Shown one piece after another: positions 62,229 to 64,000 of a DNA stretch of 64,000 nucleotides; the stretch's first letter is position 1, and each line of letters starts with the position of its first letter. The notes under the pieces were generated by a model. The model saw only the letters and a list, made by a program, of their open reading frames with translations, was not told the origin of the DNA and searched no databases. The position numbers were made by a program, and so were the translations under genes. This DNA comes from Zygnema circumcarinatum SAG 698-1b. Lineage: Eukaryota; Plantae; Zygnematophyceae. The stretch lies in the NCBI GenBank assembly GCA_037447605.1, contig CM074812.1:1302001-1366000 (forward strand), read 5' to 3'.

Positions 62229-64000
62229 ATGGCGAAGGGGCCTGGTCCTTCCCCAGACTACCTCCGTGCCCTCCTCCGCCATGGCTTCCTCGTGATGTCA
62301 GTCGCAATGCTGGCGGGGGCGGAGAGTGAAGGGCGGGGCCGCGGAAACCACCGGTGGATCTCCGACATCGACGAGATTCTGCATGGTTCGGCCCCTGCGT
62401 GCCCTTCCCCGTTCATCGATATCTTCACATGATTTTTTTTGCCGTGGAAATTTCTAAACTAATAAGTTATTTCTCACATATTCGCAAATGGGTTGTCATT
62501 CTTAATGCATAAGTGGGTTTTCTCAGCTAAATATTATAGCAGATGTGAAGGATGCTATGCAACGTCATCATTAGTGTTGGCGTAACAATTCATTTTAAAA
62601 AAATTCTTCCCATCATTTAAAGATCAAGCAAAATCAGTTCTGGAATCCATCATTAAGTCCAAAAATAACCAAACCGTTCCGAATGTAGGGCTTCCACAGG
62701 CATATCATCTTTTTCTTCTTCTTCCCTTTCCACTTCCCTTCTCCCCAACTCCCTCTTCCCCTCCTCTCTTCCCTCGTTCTTCACCCATCTCGCCTATCCG
62801 TCCTCACTCTCATTTTCACTCACTCCCTCCTCCCTCCCCCTCCCNNNNNNNNNNAGCCCAAAACCGCCGTTGACCAGAGAACAAACTTTCGCTCTTCAGT
62901 CGCCCTCTCTCCCAGCCACATTTTGCCGCTGTTAGGTTTTGCGGAAACTGAAACTGTGGCATGTGAACAGGCCGTACGAACCATCGCTTCGACGGAGTGG
63001 CCCTGCCGGAGGAGTTCATTTACGTGTACGACATTGGCAGCGAATACAATGTGGACCTCATGGAGAGGGAGAGTGCGTGGTGGAGCTCTCAGTATGAGGG
63101 AGAGCTGCAGGTCTACAAAATGTTGGCGGAGGAAAACATTGGGCGGACATTTGACCCAGAAAAAGCAACCCTCTTCTACATACCATTCTTTAGCACCCGC
63201 TACGCTCACGTGATTTTCAAAGATCACATCAATTATTCGGACAATAGGGAGTGGAACCGCATATCTGTAATGTTCAACTTGACATCGTCCGCTTACGGAG
63301 AAATTCTCAAGAAAATTCGGAGCCAGTCTCCCTATTTTGATCGGAATAGGGGGAGAGATCACTTTTCTGTGCTGACGCATGACCATGGTAGATGCTCCGC
63401 CCTCACATTTATCGATCCGAACTTGTATGAAGAGATGTTTTTCTTGACGGTAAGTCCAAGAAATTTCATGCTGCTCACCTGCTCCCTTTCCTGAAACCCT
63501 ACCCTTCCCTCTCTCTCTCTCTCTCCCTCTCTCCCTTTTGGTTGTTTATGAAGTCCTCCTCCGGTCGAGCTTATTCCTGACGAATGCTCTTTCTGCGGTG
63601 CAGCTAAATGGAGACAAAATGGTTAGAAGCACACATGCAATAACCGCACGAGAAATGCAGGTTTGAAACTTTAACTCCTCCTTTAACTCCAATCTCTCGG
63701 AAAGAATAAGGGAAGAAGATCTAAGATTACAGGAAGAGATGGAGAGAGCATGTTCTTGCAAATTATCCGTCTTTTGTGAAACATTACGAAATGAAACATC
63801 TAACGGAATCGATCACTTTGTTGATGCTGTTAAATGGGCTATTCTTTCATTTCAGGTTCTAACTTATGATTGGAGCAAACAAGGAAATTGCCAAATTCCC
63901 GACATCCCGTGCTACATGGCAGACCGAGACATTGTTGTCCCTCCGGGTCCCATTCATCTCGCGGAGGAAAAATCATCTCCGTGGGAACATGAAAGAAACG
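62229..64000 (+). CDS. Exostosin-family (GT47) glycosyltransferase, single-domain type, truncated by the window end
   Basis: Exon 1 62229-62385 (signal anchor); FIYVYDIGSEYN, RTFDPEKATLFYIPFF, PYFDRNRGRDHFSVLTHDHGRC, CYMADRDIVVPP. Confidence 0.85.

Overview
Eukaryotic, intron-rich nuclear DNA with several N gaps. The gene content (FCA, nuclear ClpP5, GT47/GT34/O-fucosyltransferase families) and the CT/GA-microsatellite-filled GT-AG introns point to a green-plant lineage, probably a streptophyte alga (inference; species not determinable). Spliced genes reconstructed by eye: a CDPK-like kinase with a catalytic D-to-N change and no EF-hands (+), ClpP5 (-), a 12-kb gene with four tandem EGF+exostosin (GT47) modules (+), a CsgA-type SDR (-), FCA (+), an intronless Mutator-derived gene without a catalytic core (+), an O-fucosyltransferase-like gene (-), a head-to-head pair of GT34-like paralogues, an At5g43822/C1orf109-like gene (-) and a second GT47 gene running off the end (+). 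Intergenic regions hold at least six non-autonomous DNA transposons with visible TIRs/TSDs (hAT, Tc1/mariner-like, Mutator-like foldbacks, one nested). Best leads: the multi-module GT47 polyprotein, the pseudokinase ending in a PP1-docking motif, the domesticated MULE, a shared exon-1 motif across unrelated GT families, and strand-biased intronic telomeric arrays. Most long ORFs in the supplied track are artefacts of simple repeats.
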